Assembly: GCF_004010195.1 (NCBI RefSeq)
Contig: NC_057752.1
Location: 3,647,639-3,711,638 of the forward strand
Direction: 5' to 3'
DNA from: Chiloscyllium plagiosum
Taxonomy: Eukaryota
DNA length: 64,000 nt
Position 1 is the first letter of the stretch, and each line of letters starts with the position of its first letter. The notes below the pieces were generated by a model, which saw nothing but the letters and a program-made list of their open reading frames with translations, had not been told where the DNA came from and did not search any database. Positions 61,697-64,000 of this stretch are shown piece after piece. The position numbers and the translations under genes were made by a program.

Positions 61697-61899
61697 GCAA
61701 AAGTGAGGACTGCAGATGCTGGAGATTAGAGTCTAGATTAGAATGTTGCTGGAAAAGCACAGCAGGTCAGGCAGCATCCGAGGAGCAGGAAAATAAACGT
61801 TCGGGCAAAAGCCCTTCATCAGAGTTACCCGAAACGTCGATTGTCCTGCTCCTCGGATGCTGCCTGACCTGTTGTCCTTTTCCAGCACCACTCTGATCC
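61697..61899. mobile_element. Penelope-like fold-back insertion (P1) at the end of a CR1 fragment (61180-61690, -)
   Basis: TSD AAACACAAGATTGT(G/A)TTAG at 61678-61696 and 61900-61918; minus-strand core CTGATGAAGGGCTTTTGCCCGAACGTT, with one A lost. Confidence 0.85.
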
Positions 61900-62974
61900 A
61901 AACACAAGATTGTATTAGTCCATGCCGTACAGTTTAATGGCCCACCTTGCCAGTTAAAATCACTGCCATTTTCACTTGCGTGCACCAGCAGTTCGACTGA
62001 AGTCTTAGCTTTTAAGCGGTTAGTCAACCAAATCTCCAGTACTGAAATCGAAGCAGCAAAGCGAGTCAGCCTGAACGTTCACCCTGATTAATCTTTCCCC
62101 TTTCTAACTCAGCAACCTTTGCAAAAACATGTTGGGACACTGCCAAAAGCAAAGACACTGCCAACAGCTAATGTGTCCCACTGATGACATCCCTTTGCTT
62201 TACCATCATTCCACACTAAACAATGATTTTTAAAAAAATTATCACAAAAGTCTTAGGCCTCAAACCTCTGTCTTTCAAATCAGCATACCTGCATTATTTA
62301 CAATTAAAAGACTGGACGAACACATTGATGGGTAAAGAGACAGAAATATGAAACCATCAGTCCAATTCACTTCAATGGATGATTGGAGGCCGACTGGCAA
62401 CTTTATCCCCTCTTCTAGAGATGGCTGTGGGGTTGCTTCTGTGTGTGATCTGCTAGTTTATTTTATTGTTTTACCTATGGCCTTCCTTCCTTCCTGTCAT
62501 CAGCTGAGGTCAAGGGTCGCAGCCTTATTGTGAGCCTGGCACGATGAGTTCCAGTTACCTGTTACTTTGACTTGCCTGGCACCAGTATGTGGAAGTGCTG
62601 CAGTGGGTAAATGTGATGTTGGCATTTCCTTGCTCTGCACTTGTCACAGCAGCAGTTCTATTAGCGTCAATTGGAAAAGCAGGCTCACAGACAATCGAGT
62701 AACTGACCCGATGCCCTTAGTTTTTGACAGTCACCAGCAATGTGGGACCCACCTACAGTTCAGAAACAGCTTAAAAACAGCTTCTGGTCAGCTCCTAGAT
62801 GGTTCATCCAAGTCCATCAGGCTAACTGAAAGAAAGAACTTGATTGGTATAGAATCTATGACCTGCTGATGTCCCTAAGTGCTTCAAAGTTAATTAAGTA
62901 CTTTTATTTCATAGGGAACCTGGGAGCCTGACCCCACCCAGCCAGGCTGCTTCTATTGTTCCAACTTTAAAATA

Positions 62975-64000
62975 AAGGGAGGAGTCTGAGACGGTCCAGG
63001 TGAATTTGAGATCGAGGTGGAAGGTGTTGGTAAAGTGGATGAACTGCTCAACTTCCTCATGGGAGCACGAGGCAGCGCCGATACAGTCATCGATGTAGCG
63101 GAGGAAAAGGGGGTGGTGTCAGTGTAGCTGCGGAAGATGGACTGTTCCACATATCCAACGAAGAGGCAGGCATAGCTGGGGCCCATGCGGGTTCCCATGG
63201 CTACTCCTTTGGTTTGGAGGAAGTGGGAGGATTGGAAAGAGAAGTTGTTCAGGGTGAGGACCAGTTCAGTCAGTCGAAGGAGGGTGTCAGTGGAACTGGT
63301 TGGGTCGGCGCGATAGGAAGAAGCGGAGGGCTTTGAGTCCTTCATGATGGGGGATGGAGGTGTACAGGGACTGGATGTCCATGGTGAAGATAAAGTGTTG
63401 GGGACCGGGGAAGCGAAAATCATGGAGGAGGTGGAGGGCGTTGGTGGTGTCCCGAACATAGATGGGGAGTTCTTGGACATAGGGAGACAGGACTGTGTCG
63501 AGGTATGCAGAGATGAGTTCGGTGGGGCAGGAGCAGGCTGAGACGATGGGTCGTCCGGGGCAGTCAGGTTTGTGGATTTTGGACAGGAGGTAGAAACGGG
63601 CGGTGCGGGGTTGTGGGACTATGAGGTTGGAGGCGGTGGATGGGAGATCCCCTGAGGTGATGAGGTTATGGACGGTCTGGGAGATGATGGTTTGGTGGTG
63701 GGAGGTGGGGTCATGGTCAAGGGGGCAGTAGGAGGAGGTGTCCGCGAGCTGGCGTTTAGCCTCAGCGGTGTAAAGGTCGGTGCGCCAAACTACTACCACG
63801 CCTCCCTTGTCTGCTGGTTTGATGGTGAGGTTTGGGTTGGAATGGAGGGAGTGGAGGGCTGCACCACGGCGGCAGTTGGCTATGAAGAGATCGAGGCCGG
63901 GTAAGAGGCCAGCACGGGGTGTCCAGGTGGATGGGGTGTGTTGGAGGCGGGAGAAGGGGTCGTCCGCGGCGGCAGTTGGCTATGAAGAGATCGAGGGCGG
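62975..64000 (-). mobile_element. Penelope-like element reverse transcriptase, frameshifted
   Basis: VVVWRTDLY..ARFYLLSKIHKPDCPGRPIVSACSCPTELISAYLD..VRDT..FTMDIQSLYTSIPH..LTLNNFSF..QTKGVAMGTRMGPSYACLFVG..YIDD, the PLE-type RT motifs. Confidence 0.92.

Overview
This is eukaryotic, repeat-rich genomic DNA, almost certainly from a shark or other elasmobranch. The basis is many HE1-type V-SINEs and their partner HER1/CR1 LINE tails, recognised from memory rather than by database search. The only convincing host coding sequence is one 558-bp minus-strand coding exon (19226-18669) of an acid-sensing ion channel of the ASIC1/ASIC1c-like type. It ends at a canonical GT donor, so positions 1-18668 are probably its intron and 19227-64000 are upstream or intergenic. 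The rest is mostly mobile-element debris: CR1/HER1, Rex1/Babar and Tx1-like LINEs, three SINE families, Gypsy LTR elements and solo LTRs, a Harbinger relic, a Tigger-like end, and many Penelope-like element (PLE) fragments. The most notable hidden signal is a set of minimal type-I hammerhead ribozyme cores (CUGANGA...GAAA-palindrome-UH) in at least four PLE terminal-repeat families, two of them apparently intact (45960-45994 +, 46729-46763 -). Most sit in fold-back insertions with 12-19 bp target-site duplications. There are two large tandem arrays: a ~2.1-kb 53-bp satellite grown inside an HE1 SINE, and an ~8.5-kb 32-bp G-rich minisatellite with higher-order structure. Assembly gaps lie at 19237-19274 and 59873-60372. 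Repeat boundaries were read by eye and are approximate unless a TSD is quoted.
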